64,000 nucleotides of DNA from Camelus ferus (GCF_009834535.1 NC_045697.1:93684001-93748000); one strand, 5' to 3'. Counted from the stretch's first letter, positions 13,145-27,009 are shown. Made by a program: numbers and translations. The notes: generated from the sequence alone by a model not told the origin.

Positions 13145-14569
13145 GTAACTGTTTATAAAGGCAGAACAAAGAGAGTATATATTTACTATTTTTAATGCAT
13201 AGTTTGCATGATTTCCAGATTTCATTGTTTTCATCATTTCCCGTAATATTCAGAGGTCAGTTTGAGGGAAAATGAACATACTTTGATATCAAGAAAATCC
13301 AGCTATTATGCATATCCAGTTTTTCCTAGTAAAGAGAAGTAAAGTCCAGGTTTTTACGTGAAAATAAAGAATTATAAGAAAGTGTTACCAGGAAGAAATG
13401 TACAGTTCTTATTTGATACATACATATATACATGACCATTGCAAGTAATTAGTGTATAAATTACAGGTAGCTAGGTACATCCTAAATTCTGAAAAGATAT
13501 TCTAGTTAATACTGAATATTTTTAAAATTTGTATCATTTTATATAACATTATATATTTACTTAGAAAGCTTTAATAATACTACAGAAGGAAAGGAAACAA
13601 TCCTATACTTTACCTAAATTATATGAAATTTCAAATTAGTTAAAAATTAAGAAAAAAAACTGACAGGGAACAATTTGTTTTTCATAGATCATTTATCTGG
13701 CAACATTAGCCATATGACATGTGCCACTAACTTTAATGGAAATTTGACTAATAATAATTGTTAAAAGCCTAAACATATAGAATATACATGTGCAAAACTC
13801 AATATTAGAATACCACTTTAGTTGATGGTCATGCCATTCCTGAATTATTTAAATTAAAAGAGATTGTTTGCATAGTTATTTAGTGACAGTGCTATTCTCC
13901 AAGACGTAATGGTTGAGACAGAAAATCTAGAAAAGAGGGAACATTTCTGAAAAATTTTCTCTTCTGATTTAAGATGGTGACTAGTTAGCAGATAGTAATT
14001 TATAACCCTTTTCCTCTATGTAAGTAGAGAAAATTTGCAACAATAATAGTGGTCAGGTCACAAGATATAGAGAAGAATCTTCACTAATGCTTTGGCAGAG
14101 GAGCCCTTGAAACAGCAGAATCTAGGGGGAAAAAAAGTGAAGAAATTTCTACCCAATCCAAAGGTTGAGCTCAGAACTCCTTTTCTAGATGGTTAAGGTC
14201 ATTTGAAGCCTTTCAGACTGATACACCCCATCCTTGCCAGCACTGAAACCCTGCATTCCAGGAGAAACAGAATCTAAAACAGATGGGAATTAGGGGCTTT
14301 ATGTGAGCCTTGTTATCTATCTTTTTATCCAATACATCCTCACTCAGCAATCTCAGACTTATTTATGGAAACACATTTCCTCAGATCGTCTCTTGATATC
14401 TGATAAGGCAGTAGTTTTAAGAGAGTAGACAAGTATAGTACATTTTTCCTGTGACTGTTCTGAATTTACTCCATGGTTTTTTTAATTCTCTCTGTCTCTC
14501 TCTAAATCAGAAGAACCTGTAGTTCTCCTTTTCCTGTATGTTTCTCCTTTACTTTTGCCTAGAACACTT

Positions 14570-15510
14570 TACTTCTGACTCTTCTGATCTTGTTGGGGGA
14601 GGGGTCCCCACACCAAGCAGATCTCCATGACTCCAGCTGTGTATCCTACAATGCAATTCAGTTCTGACAGAATCTGCCCAGAAATAGTGTCATATCCCAC
14701 AGGCTAACGGCTCAGTCCTGAAAGACTGGCCCCCTCCGCCACCCTCCCGGCACATTTCAGTTACCAATCTCAAGCTCAGTTGTCACCTGTGCTTCTGACC
14801 TACTAGTTAGAGATCAGAGTCTCCAATGACCTCTTTCATGGGTTCAATTAACTTGCTAGAGCTGCTCACAGAACCCAGATAAATGTTTTATTTACTGAAT
14901 TACTGGTTTATTATTAAGTGATGTAACTTAGGAACAGCCAGGTGGAAGAGATACACAGGACAAGGCACAGGAAAGAGTAGGGAGCTTTCATGCTCTCTCC
15001 ATGCACCCACTCTCCCCCAGCCTCCATGTGTTCACAACCCAGAAGCTTTCTGAACCCCACCTTTTTTTAGGTTTCTATTACATAGGTGTGATTAATTAAA
15101 TTATTGACCACTGTTCATTGATTCAACCTCCAAGTTCCTTTCTCCTCCTTGGAAATCAGGGTATGGGACTGAAAGTTCCAACCCTTTATTCAAGGTTGAT
15201 TCACCTGGCAACTAGCTCCTAGCCTTAGATATTTTCCAGAAGTCACTCCATTAACATAAACCTAGTTGTGGTGGAAAGGGGCTTGTTAAGAGTAACAAGA
15301 AACCCATTTCATTTTTATGGCTCTGAAGGGACTTCTGAAACTGAGGACAAGAGACCAAATACTATGACAGCAAATACTTGCATCGCTCAGGAAATCCCAA
15401 GGGATTTAGAAGCTATGAACTAGGTACTGTGGGCAAAGACCAACATATATGAGAAATACATTTTGGCTATCTGACCAGTTATCTATATTTTTAAATCACA
15501 ATATTGCACA
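14570..15510 (-). mobile_element. MER21-like solo LTR
   Basis: caattcagttctgaca, cccacagg...ggctcagtcc, gggttcaattaacttgctagag and terminal aaatcacaatattgcaca match the recalled MER21 consensus in reverse. Confidence 0.75.
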
Positions 15511-15899
15511 CTTTATGTGTAAGAGTGTGTGTATGTGTAAAGACTGAGAGTACAGAAGACATTACATTTCAGTGATATACTTCAGATAGATACAGAATAT
15601 ATTTCAAGACTGACTTCCATTATACATTAATACATTACTCAGAGGTTACCTCCTCATTTAAAGTTTCCAGTCTTCTGATTTGAATTATTCTTGTGTCTGA
15701 AATAGATATGATAAAAATGCCATGAAGTCTTTATACTTATTTTAATATGTAAGTTCCTACATTATGATTTATATGTAACTCTTTCTACAAAGAAGCCTAA
15801 CCTTTATTCCATTAGGTTCCTCAAGATTCCACACATTTTTTTTTCCTTTCTTAGATACAGCAGAATTCCTTGAAGAAGTGGTGTATAGTGAATGTCTAT

Positions 15900-17129
15900 A
15901 ATTCCCCTTCTCCCATTCTCTTTTTGGTCCATTTTAATGAGCCTTTCATATCTTGACTGGACAAAAACGCTGCTTCTTAGGATGACCAGTTTTCTCCAGG
16001 TAAATACAGTGGTCAATTTTAGTCTTCATTTTACTTGACCTTTAAGTAGCATTTAAGACATCTGTCATGTCCTTCTCCTTGAAACATTCTCTGTAATTGA
16101 CTTCTCCAAATACGTTCTCCTGGTTCCTTCCTGTCTCACTGGCCAGTCCTCAGTTTCCTTTGTTGCTTCCTTCTCTTCACTGGTCTGCAGAAGTGAGTGT
16201 CCCAAAGTTCAGTCTTGGGAATTCTCTTTGCATTTTTTCTAAGTGATCTCATTCACTTCAGTGGCTTTAAGTCTGTATGCTGATCACACCCTGATTTATT
16301 TCACCAGCCCAGGAAACTTCCCCAAACTCTGGACTTGAATGTATAACCACTTACTTAACATCTCCACTTGAATATGGACATTAGGCATCGCAAACGTGTC
16401 CAAATCTAAGCTGCGAAGGTGGCAGTCTTTTTCCAGAAACCTGTTCCTGCATTCTTTCTCAATTTTGAATAAAGAAATGCCATTCAGGATCCTCTGTTCA
16501 AAAACCTGGAAGGCATCTGATACCTCCCTTTCTTACATTCAACCCATCATCATACTCTGTACATTTTTCCTGCAAAAATACACAGAATCTGACCACTCTT
16601 CACAGTTATCATGAAACACCCACATCCATACTAATCTAATTTCTCAGCTAGATGATTGTAAAAGCTTTAAAAATTGTCTCCCTGCTTTTACCCCTGCAAA
16701 CAGATAGTCTATTCGTAGAATAGAACCAGAATAATCAAAATGACTATTTAAAATGGTCAATCAGAACATGTCACTACTTTTCTTCAAACCCTCCTGTGGT
16801 TTCACATCCCACCCAGACTTCCCTCAGTGCCTACAAGGACTTGCCTAATCTTAGTGTTCTTCTCTCTAGTTCTATCTCATGCTGTCCTTTCTGTTCAGTC
16901 ATCACCTCCTGCAGTGACCTCCTCTCCGTACCGCTAGTCTGCCAGGCGTGCTCCCATCATAAGGTCTTTGTATTTGCTCCTTTCTTTGGCTTAATCACAG
17001 TCTCAACAGAGAGTCATATGCCTAATTATGCATCATCTTTCAATTAACAGCTCAAATGACCTTTAAGGGAGGCCTACCCTAATGACTTTATGTAAAACAG
17101 TGGCCCCTGCGCACGCACGAACGCACACA

Positions 17130-17172
<43 letters not shown>

Positions 17173-17380
17173 TCCCTTTCACTTTTTCCTCATTTATTTC
17201 CATCATTCATCACTTTTCACTTTTGGATATACTAAGCTTTTTTCTATGAGTTTATTTCTCTGTCTTCTTTACTAGAATATAAGCTCCATGAGAAAAGATA
17301 CTGTTTGTTGTTTTGTTTACTGCTGCATTCCTAGAGCAAAACAGTACACGTGGATGCCCAGTGAATATGTATTAAATGAA
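15900..17380 (+). mobile_element. L2 (ORF2 3' region and 3' end)
   Basis: Typical L2 text: agtcttcattttacttgacc, ccttctccttgaaaca, ctagaatataagctccatgag. Confidence 0.8.
17110..17169. repeat. (CA)n microsatellite with (CGCA) start
   Basis: About 19 pure CA units at 17132-17169. Confidence 0.95.
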
Positions 17381-17422
17381 AAAAGTGAGGCATAAATATG
17401 TTGTTGTTATTTACTCTGATAG

Positions 17423-17940
17423 TCAACAGCCTAAGTGGGACATTGGGTTACCACAAGTCTGAGCATCCCTGAGAGCCTGTCAACACAGAACAGTAACAGT
17501 TCTTGGATTCTGTGGTTTTTAGGTTCCTAGATTTAATGATATGTGGTATCTACCATGATGCAAAAAGTGTATTACTGAGTACTGGATAGCATTTCCTGGC
17601 GATAGTCTCAGATAAAATGTTTCTGAGAAAAATTATTTCCCTGTGTGTGATCTGGGATTGAATCCGTTTCTCAGGTGGATTCTGAGCAGGAATCCTTCAT
17701 TAAAATGGGCAGATCAACCAAGTTGAGGCCACCTTGCCCAATAAGTGAAGCCATTTTATAAGACTGCCACCTTCAAGTGAGGACGGGTTTGTTACTACCT
17801 TTGTCATCATAGTCTTTGGGGACCCTCCATGATCAATCTCCTGTGGATATTATTAGACATCGTAGAAAAGCAACGATCTCACTCTTATACCTAATTTCAC
17901 ACTGTATATGCCTTTAAGGATTCTGATTCTCTAATTTTAA
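17423..17940 (+). pseudogene. Candidate large exon relic (may extend to ~18400)
   Basis: Acceptor tttactctgatag|T, donor TAA|gtatgt. Reads QQPKWDIGLPQV*...VPRFNDMWYLP*CKKCITEYWIAFPGDSLR*NVSEKNYFPVCDLGLNPFLRWILSRNPSLKWADQPS with 8 stops in 172 codons. GC-elevated non-repeat sequence continues to ~18460. Confidence 0.45.
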
Positions 17941-18962
17941 GTATGTCCCCTATGTTCTCCCTGCTATTCATAATAGGTCAGTATCTCTACTCTTAATAGA
18001 TGTGGCAACCAAACATCCATCTTCAATTATGATCATGGATGTAAAGATATTTTTATGCCTGTGACAATGGTAACATCAACAGCTCACCTAGAAAGTTACT
18101 AAACAGCAATAACCCGTACAGTAGCTAAACTGTAATGCCGGCAGTGAGTTCACCGCTATCCCTTAGAAGAAGTTCCATCTAGCTGTCTGGATTCAGTCCC
18201 GCTTCAGTTAGGAGTGGGTATTTCTCTTTGTATTCCTTAAAGCCTAAAACTCATCCCAACTCCCTGCTCCCAGCCAGAGAGGTGCTAGCATGTAGAGCTG
18301 TTGAACGGCAGCGTTTCCATAGCTGATCACTTAGAAGGAGATGAAGGTGCTGGTGCATTCAGAGACAGTTCATCCTCTGAAGCTCTTCCATTCAGCTACC
18401 AGGTCCCTACCACATAGCGGGCCCATCTGTGCCCGTCTGCATTCACGTCCCTACTCCTGGGCTCTCCTCTTCTTTTTCCTTTATGTCTCCTCCTCCTCCT
18501 GGCACAATTCTTACATATCTAATTTAAACTTTTGATAGTATTTTCTTTCCAAAAATTCTAATTATTTCTGTTCCATAGCAGCTTCTTTTGTTCTTTTGTC
18601 ATGGATTCAAAGTCATTATACTGAGGACGAGAGAGTATTCAAAATAAAAATGCCTGAGTCTTTGATGACATCATTAAGCCACTGAATCAATCCTGGGGCC
18701 ATTAACTCCCACCTTCTGTTTATGTAATCATTAAAAGTTCTTATTAATCGCAACTGAGAGTGAAATTCACTGAATGACTAAATGTCTCTTTATCTGACTT
18801 ACAAAATAGAGGGTAGGTTGCATATGACACCTTTTGATAAAAAGTCTCATACCTGAGACTTTCCTGTCATTTTTGCTGGTAATTGCAACTGGAGTCTATG
18901 GACAATAAAAGAAAGGATATAAAAGTAACTATTTCAAACATAATTGTTGAGTTTTTGCGCAG

Positions 18963-19217
18963 GGATTTGGAATTGTGTTGCAATTCAGGGAGACATAGGT
19001 TGAAGTAACTCCCAGTCCTTGACAGAATGGATGAGTAAGAGTGGGTGGACTCTAGAAGTGGGTAATGTTTGTCTTTGGGTAAAAGCAATGTTTGGAAAAT
19101 AACTGACCCTTCAGTGGCTGCTGTGCCTTGAATGTATACTCTCTGTTGGTAATGGACTACACTGGAATGAAGGAGATTCATGAATGTTTGAGGGGCAAAG
19201 TCCTGCAACAAAATAAA
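18963..19217 (+). pseudogene. Candidate exon relic (alternative donor 19316)
   Basis: Acceptor gtttttgcgcag|GG, donor AAA|gtaatt. Phase-1 frame IWNCVAIQGDIG*SNSQSLTEWMSKSGWTLEVGNVCLWVKAMFGK*LTLQWLLCLECILSVGNGLHWNEGDS*. Confidence 0.45.
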
Positions 19218-20038
19218 GTAATTAGTCAGAATAAAATTTAGGATGAGATCAAGGTTTCTGTGCTGGGCCATCTCGGAGCAGATGAGAAAGGCAGTATATA
19301 ATACTGTGACTAATGGGTTATGCTGGCATTCAGACCCACTCCTGGAATTTTTTATTATAGGTGGAAGTGATGTCATACAATCCATAAACTCAGCAAGAAG
19401 GTCTGAACCTATGACCTCGGATAGACTAACCTACAAACTGCAGACGATAGAACCAGTCTGAGCAGCCTCTCTCAGAGCTGGCTTAGGAAATGTCATGCGG
19501 AACTGTATTAGTCTGTAAACTGGATACTTCCATATGTGACCATGAAGATAGATGCAGCAAACATCAACCAACATCCTCTCTCAAATTCATACTCTTAGGA
19601 TGTTTTTCTTTTTTCCCTCAGAGCATTCCTTCATGAGAAAATACATTCTTTCATAACATGGTCACTATCTTTGTTACATGATTCAGTGTTCTGTTATTAA
19701 ATCATGCATTTAAAACAGTTCAAAATAAACAATTAAACATTTTAAACATAGAAAACTTAGAGTAGTTATGAAGGAAAAACTGAACTTGAAAGGAAAAAAG
19801 TAAACTACGATCTAAGTGAATCCAAATATAGAGCAGAGTGTATTTATACTGTACTATTGTTGAGGAAAAAATATACTTGTGTGATTTTTTTTCTTCCAGT
19901 TCAAACAGACTTCCATTTGAAATTTCAAAATTCTTTTGTATTCCTGTACTGAATGGTAAATGCTTTGTATGAGAGAATTCTTTTATTCAGAAAATATGGT
20001 ATTATTTGATATTTCTGAAATTTCCTGTATGCTTTTAG

Positions 20039-20390
20039 GCAGATACCAGACATACTAAAACACTTGAGTTTTAAAATAACTGGTATTATAAGGAATAGGC
20101 ACAAATAGAGTATCTAAAATGCTTCATCATTATTTTTGCTGTGAACAGAATCAGCTTTATAAACTCAGAGCTGGTTTCTTTCAGGCAATTATCATGAATA
20201 CACATGAATTGTGTTCATTTTCCATTTATGCTGCAAACAGTCGACACTGGAACTGCAGTATAATAATCAGCACACCTTAATGCTCGTCATTCTCTGGGTC
20301 TGGATTTTCCCAGGCCACAATGACTTGTATGCTTTACATCAAAATTAAAGGTGCAATAATGGGGAACTCTTTCTGGTGTTTTCTTTTATT
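20039..20390 (+). pseudogene. Candidate exon relic (352 bp)
   Basis: Acceptor tttcctgtatgcttttag|G, donor ATT|gtaagt. One frame has a single stop over the last ~98 codons (KMLHHYFCCEQNQLYKLRAGFFQAIIMNTHELCSFSIYAANSRHWNCS...). Confidence 0.55.
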
Positions 20391-20849
20391 GTAAGTAGAA
20401 AACTAAATATTGGAATCCTCTAACTTACAAACAGGTCATGTTCCAAACAGCCATTTTAAAGTCAGGTGGGAGGAAATAAGAATGCATTTTCTTACCAAAA
20501 ATAGCAGTTAAGCATCATAGCTGATTTTTGGAGAATAAAGAAAGTGAAATTTCTAGCACACCAGCATTTATGGCCAGAAATGTTTACTCTCGCAGTAAAA
20601 CAAGGTTTTCTCTCTCTGCTCATCTCTTTTTTTCTACTATCCAGCAATGTACGTCTGCTTCTTCAAATCAGCAATGCGGTTGGACACAGTTGGGATGGGG
20701 GCTGATGGGCAGACTGTCTTCTTCAAGTAGGTTCAGGACTTAGGTTCTTGTAACTGCTTACAGTGAATTCCCAGCTCCAATGGGTCCAGCCATTAATAGG
20801 TGCAATTAATTCTCTTAGAGATCAGATTCTACTCAATTATGACAGATGA

Positions 20850-23150
20850 TAAATTAAAATATGATAAAATTTGAAAATTTGATAGAAATATATCAAGGTG
20901 ACAGGGCTCAGGAGGAAAGACCTTTTTCAGGGGGTGATCTTTAAGTTGACCCAGGAGGATAAGGACTTGAGTAAGCAGAGGAAATAAGTGTGTCTGTGAA
21001 ACTTAAAAGGCTGGCGGCTTAACCCTAGCGACACATGGTAGAGGCACGTTCTGTATAACTTTGCCAGCCAGGAGATTGCGTTTGGATTTTATCCTAAGCA
21101 ACCTAGGAAGCAAGTGAAGGTTTTAAGGTGAGTAATGTTATGTTAACATTTGAAAAGATCACACTGGAGTTAGCCCTGTAATGAAGGCCTATTCTCTTTT
21201 CTATTTTTTTTTCTTTGTGCTTTCTCTCTTTTATCCTTCCCTCCTCCTTCCTGTGTTTCTCTTTTCTTTGCCAACAAGGCAGATTTCAGAATTAAACTTG
21301 ATAATGTGATTTATGAAAAAGTTGTATGATTGCGTCATCCATTTCTTTAACAAATATATATTGAGTGTTCTTGATGTGAAGACTAACCAAAATACCAGGT
21401 ATAGAGCAGCCCTCCGAAGGAGGACAATCAATATTTTAAAAATAACTAAATAACTAAATTACAGAGTGAATCAGATAGCAGTAAATGTGAGAAAGAAAAA
21501 TTAAGCAGAGAAGATAGATGGAGAGTGTTGGAGGATGGAAGAAATTTCAGTCTCTTATAAGGTTGTCAAAAGAGCCTCACTGCAAAAATCATGTTTACGT
21601 AAGGACTAAAGGATGAGGAAGTGGACCTCGTACTCTGGACAAGAGATGTTCAGGCAGAGCAAAGTGCTCATGCCCCGAGCGAGAAGCACAAGTGCTGTGT
21701 TTAAGAAGAGCAAGAAAACAACTTACACAGCCTCAGGACTGGATCCTGCAGACCCATGGAGAGCCTTGCAAGAATGTTGCCTTTACACTGAGAACATGGG
21801 AAACTTTTAGAAAGTTTTCATCAACTAATGATAGGATCTGTCCTAATTATAACAGGCTCACTCTGGCTGCTCCCTGAAAACAACTTCAGGAGAAAGGCAA
21901 AAGCAACATTAAAAAGTTAAGAGATACTAAATAATAAAGGCAAGAGAGAAAAGTTGTTTGGATAAAGCGGTAGCTTCGAAAAAAGTAACAGATTCTAAAT
22001 ATATTTTGGAGGAGGTTCTTATAGAACTTGTACAGGAATTGGATGTTGGATATGAGACAAGGAAAATAATCAATGATGATCCCCATGTTTGGCTTAAGCA
22101 ACAGAAGGAGAGTTGGCTTTAATGAAGAGGAGAGTGAGAGGCAGAGTTTTGTTTATTCAGAGTAAGGGATGGAGGTAGAAGGCAGTCTAAGGACTTCGGT
22201 TTTGAACAGGTAAAGTTTGGAATGTCTATTAGATACCAAGTGGAGATGAAATTTAGGCAGTTAGATGAATGACCAAAAAAGAAGTTGTTACATAGATGGT
22301 ATTTGGAGTCATGATAGGAGTTGAGGTCAATAAGAAAGTAAATGTAGATAAAAAAGATTCAGAAGTAGATCCTTGAGACACTAAAATTTCAAGGCCTGGA
22401 CATAAGCAGTCAAGTTTTGCAAAGGAAACAGAAAATAAAATAGATCCAAAGAAAACAGTAAGAATGCTGTATTTTAGAACAAAAGCCAGGAGGACACAAC
22501 TGTTATTCAAGACTGATTTAGACTAATAATTGAAAGCTGGACTTTGTGACATCTATAGAAAAGGACATCTTAAGGGAAGCTCAGAATTTAAAGAATGCTT
22601 GGCGACGATGCAACAGCAAATCAGAAGAGAACAACTGGAGACTTTGACCATAGACGGTTCCTTTGAGGTTATTTTGCTCTACCCAAAAGAAAGAAAAAAA
22701 GCCTGTGAGAAATAAATGGAATTTAAGAGATAGTTTTTCTGATTTTAACTTTTAGTGGGAAATAGAAATATTTTTGTGATCATAGGAATAATCTGTGAGA
22801 TCAAGAATCATAGAGAATGGAGTAACAGAAGAGAAAAGCTAAAATAAGGTCTCTGAGCAGGTAAGTGAGGGTGAAAAATGTGTACCAGGAGCACATAAAA
22901 TTCTCCCATAGAAACTGGAGAGAACCCAGACCTGGGTGGGTGGGGAGCTGTGGTGGTGGGAGGTGGTGGGAATTCTCTTCTGATTGATTGAACATAATTT
23001 TTTTTCTCAGTTAAATATGAAGCAAGGCTATTCCCCCGAGAGTGAGAATGGGAAAGAGAACTGCAGAAAGATTAGAGGTATAGAATTATTATCTGAAAGA
23101 GTGGAGGGTAACTGGGATAGGGAAATAGAGAATGACCCCTGGGAACTACT
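20850..23150 (-). mobile_element. L2 fragments, antisense
   Basis: Purine-rich reverse L2 text: aacaaatatatattgagtg, aggctcactctggctgct, gttttgaacaggtaaagtttggaatgtctattagatacc. Includes short non-L2 gaps. Confidence 0.7.
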
Positions 23151-23607
23151 TAGAGGCAGTGATCATTAATTTTAAAGTGCGCTTTTCTCAGTCTTTTTCA
23201 CCTTTATCAGTGAAGCTTTGATACTTTTATGCTGTTTAAGGTTTTTATTTCTCCACTGGCCAAGAAGATGCTGCTGTACTTTGTCGCATCTGTACGTTTT
23301 CTTTTCGTATACAATATTGTAATGAATATGTTGTTTAACAACACTTACTTTTTAACCTTTAAACATGTTCTATACCCCATCAATTGCTCACTGAAAAAAA
23401 GTTACACCATAGCTATAGTCATAAGGAGTGACAATAACTTGACTCACCAACTGTAAATGAAAATAAAGCCCACCTTAAAAATGCCCTCATAAGCCCAACT
23501 AACAGATCAATAGAACAAATTATTGTTTGAGGATCAGTGACTTATTTATTACAAGACAATTGCTGAATGAACATAAAAATTTACAGGGATGATGAGTATG
23601 TTTTTAG

Positions 23608-23990
23608 TGAACTTTAATAATACATATTTTCAAAGTACTATACAATGGTTATTACATTGCCCAGCATATAGTCAGAAATCAACATTAGCTAATATTATAA
23701 GCAGTGCTGGTGTTCGTACTATTACCATTGATAATATATTCATCTCAAAATCTATTTATTTACTTACGATTTCTACAATTATACCAAATTGGTGTGCATG
23801 TCATCTTTATCGACTCCCCTATTTCCTTGCTAAAAGTTTATTGCATTAATTACCTACTTTTTACTCTATTTCCGGTGTGTTTATTTTGGAGTTGCAACTA
23901 CAATATAAGCCCCCTAATTATTATGATCATCCTAATTTCAACTTCTTCAATTACGGTAGCACTGATTGACCAGTGTTACATTGCTAAATT
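23608..23990 (+). pseudogene. Candidate exon relic (383 bp)
   Basis: Acceptor atgtttttag|TG, donor ATT|gtgagt. Covered by overlapping + ORFs 23589-23849 and 23704-23994, consistent with a frameshifted exon. Confidence 0.5.
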
Positions 23991-25093
23991 GTGAGTCTAA
24001 ACAAAATTTTCTTACTGAATGTTCTTGGATGGCTGCCTATAACCTCCAAATGTCCTGTAGTGCCCTGTGTGTCTTTTTGCTCTCAACTCTCAGAATAATC
24101 TCATTTGTATCCCATATCCAGCAATGCCAAACTACACAAAATGATAAAAAATGCTGTAATTTGTGTTAAGTCCAACTAATTCTAAATCATCCTTCAAGGT
24201 CCAGATCAAGAATTACCTCTGAGGTAATCTTCCTTAATCAAAATCATAACATAACTTGTGTTTGCCTTTATTTAGCACTTAGCTGACTCGGAGCTCTTTG
24301 AGAGAAGAAATTATGTGGGGTTTATTTATGATTCTCTGTACTTAAAACAGTACTGGCAGTATTGGAGAGGTACAATAAGCAATTGTGAAGGGAGTAAATT
24401 AATTAATGAATTAATTAATGGACAAGGTAATCTTTTGAATATTAAAACAAGTAAATACAGAAGCAATGAAAGACTACTCTCAAAAATAATGCAAACTAGA
24501 ATTATAAAAATGGCTAAGCAAGATTTAAAATCAAATGTATAAGTAGCTTAATTATATTCAATTTTTGGAAAGCACTTTAATTTTATTAATTGGAAAACAT
24601 TCTAAATTCTAAAGGGGAAGCAATAAAGCAACACATTTTTATAGACATGTTAATTAGGATACTACAGACAATTAGCAAGTTGAAAAACTAACTGACATAG
24701 CTAACGACTTTAGTAACATTTAATTCAACATGTGAATAAGGTAAATACTCCCCAAAGTATAAATATGATGGCTTATAAAATGGCCCGATTAAGCTTAGCA
24801 AATACTGTAATCTTGACCTACCACTGAACTTCCAGAGCTAGTCAACAGATCTTTAATTACCAGTTTAAATACTGCTAAAATTATGCAGAGTTAATTGCTA
24901 TTTTAATAAGTATTTTCAGACTAACACGTCATTGCGCCCATTTGGGATGATTAGTTTAGGAAATAACACCTTTGAGAATAACAGCATAGTAATTTTTTTA
25001 AATGAATAAATATGTAAATGAGAAATAGTTTCTTATATTTTTCTTAAGGGTTAAGTTAATTTCAAAAGGTAAGATTACACTAGCACCCTTTAT

Positions 25094-25280
25094 TTTTTTT
25101 AACATTTTTTATTGATTTATAATCATTTTACAATGTTCTGTCAAATTCCAGTGTAGAGCACAATTTTTCAGTTATACATGAGCATGTATATATTCATTGT
25201 CACCTTTTTTCCTCCATGAGCTACCGTAAGATCTTGTATATATTTCCCTGTGCTATACAGTATAATCTTGTTTAACTACT
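25094..25280 (-). mobile_element. Short young L1 3' end with target-site duplication
   Basis: Reverse L1 3'UTR (tttccctgtgctatacag) flanked by ACCCTTTAT at 25085-25093 and 25281-25289. Confidence 0.85.
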
Positions 25281-25870
25281 ACCCTTTATCTTTTTTTTTT
25301 TTCAGAATCAGGCTTCTAGTGATACTGTTCATGACAATTTAGTGCTGCCTGGTCTGTTTTTTTTGCCCAGGGCACCATTTTTAGAACATCCTCCAATCAG
25401 AGTTTCAAGAAGAAAAAAATCTTTTTGTTTCCTTTTCCATGATGTTACTAAAGTGCTTGTAGTTTAATCAGCTGTAGTTAAAACCGTAAGTGATGTTTTC
25501 CGCAATAAACAACTTAAAGACTTTCTGTCATTGCAGAAGTACTGTTCAGGCTCATAGATGAAGGCTAACTTTTAAAGCAGCTTCCACTCAACTCCTCAAG
25601 AAGCAGCAGCCTTCACCAAGTGTGACTGATTTTTCTTTCCTTTCTTCTCTCATTTTCCCCAACAGGGAAAGTAGGCTTCATCTGATTTTAAATATTTTTA
25701 CATTTCTATTGTTTTAGAATTTATTTCAGTTCATGGAAATACCTCTTTTAAGAGCATTTATTTGAGAAAATACAGATGTATAATTCATGTCAATTAGCTG
25801 TTGCTAATTCTTTATATTTTCGTATTTTAATTCTTTCCTCATTTTACAAAATTTTTTTTGCATAAGTTCT

Positions 25871-26330
25871 ATATTTGTCTCCTAGTGTTACTGTAACTAA
25901 GTACTACAAACTAGGTGGTTAAAAAGCAATAGAAATTTATTTTCTCACAATTTTGGAGGTTAGAAGTGCAAAAAGGTGTCTTCAGAGCACTGCTCCATCT
26001 GAGAACTGTAGAAGAGAATCTTTCCTTTTTTCCAACTAGCTTCTGGTGGTGGTTGTCAAGCTCTGACATTCCTCGGCTTGCAGCAACAACCCTTCAGTCT
26101 CTGCCTCCATCATCACGTGGCGCTCTCCCCTGGTGTCTTGGGGTCTTCACATGCCGTTTTCCTCCTGCAAGGACATCAGTCATATTGGATTAAGGCCCAT
26201 GCCACTCAGGATGACCTCCTCATTGCTAATTATATTTGAGTGATCCTATTTCCAAATAAGGTCACATTCAGAAGTCCTAGAGGTGAGGACTTGAACACAT
26301 CTAACCAAAGAACACAACTAAACACGTAAC
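25871..26330 (-). mobile_element. MLT1 (MLT1B/C-like) LTR
   Basis: actgtaactaagtactacaaactaggtggtt...agaaatttattttctcaca...tttccaaataaggtcacattc. Confidence 0.85.
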
Positions 26331-26564
26331 AGGCATGCTGCTATTCCTTTGTGGTAATTATAGCTTTTTTATTGTGGTCAGCTGTTTAATGAATAATTGT
26401 GTGAACAGAATATCATTTGTGGTAGGAGTAAATCAGATTTATGAACTTTAATTAAGATTTTTTGGTTTATGTGTTAGTTTTAGCTTTTGATAATTTTAAG
26501 CACACATTAAAAAAAACGCGTTTTATGTGCCTTGGAAGGACTGTCTTCCCCTCATTTTCAACAG

Positions 26565-27009
26565 TATTCAGAAAGATGTGATGGCTAACAAGCCTGTCAG
26601 TGGTCAGTGCTTTATGCTGATGCCTCTTACTGCTTCACTCTGCTTCTCATCTAACATTTACTGGGCGGTAGATAATAAAATAGCAGCTAAGCTCCTGCCA
26701 CTTCAGCCTGTTGAATATTGTCTCTGCAAGAGCATTCTCAGTTTCATCAATGGTTTTGTTCCTTCTGGATATCTTCATACTAATCAAAAGATCACTTGCA
26801 GGGGCTTTTCAGTATTATAAAAATATGCATTTAGAAAAATCTCTGTTCTCAATTTTGAAGAACCGGATGTCAATTTTCATCAACTACTTTAACTTTATTC
26901 TACATTTTACAACATTTGGCAATTATGCTTCAAAGTTTGGCAGGATTGCTGATGTCACTGAAGATAGAGATTGTCTTACCTCTTATATTTTTTGGAGACT
27001 TACTTTAGA
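26565..27009 (+). pseudogene. Candidate exon relic (445 bp)
   Basis: Acceptor ccctcattttcaacag|T, donor AGA|gtaagt. Overlapping + ORFs 26527-26820 (IQKDVMANKPVSGQCF...) and 26711-27013 span it. Confidence 0.55.

Noticed and set aside
18867..19385. Longest ORF in the window (172 aa, minus strand)
   Set aside because: No recognisable domain or splice context on the minus strand. It lies antisense to candidate exon 18963 and is best explained as a shadow ORF.
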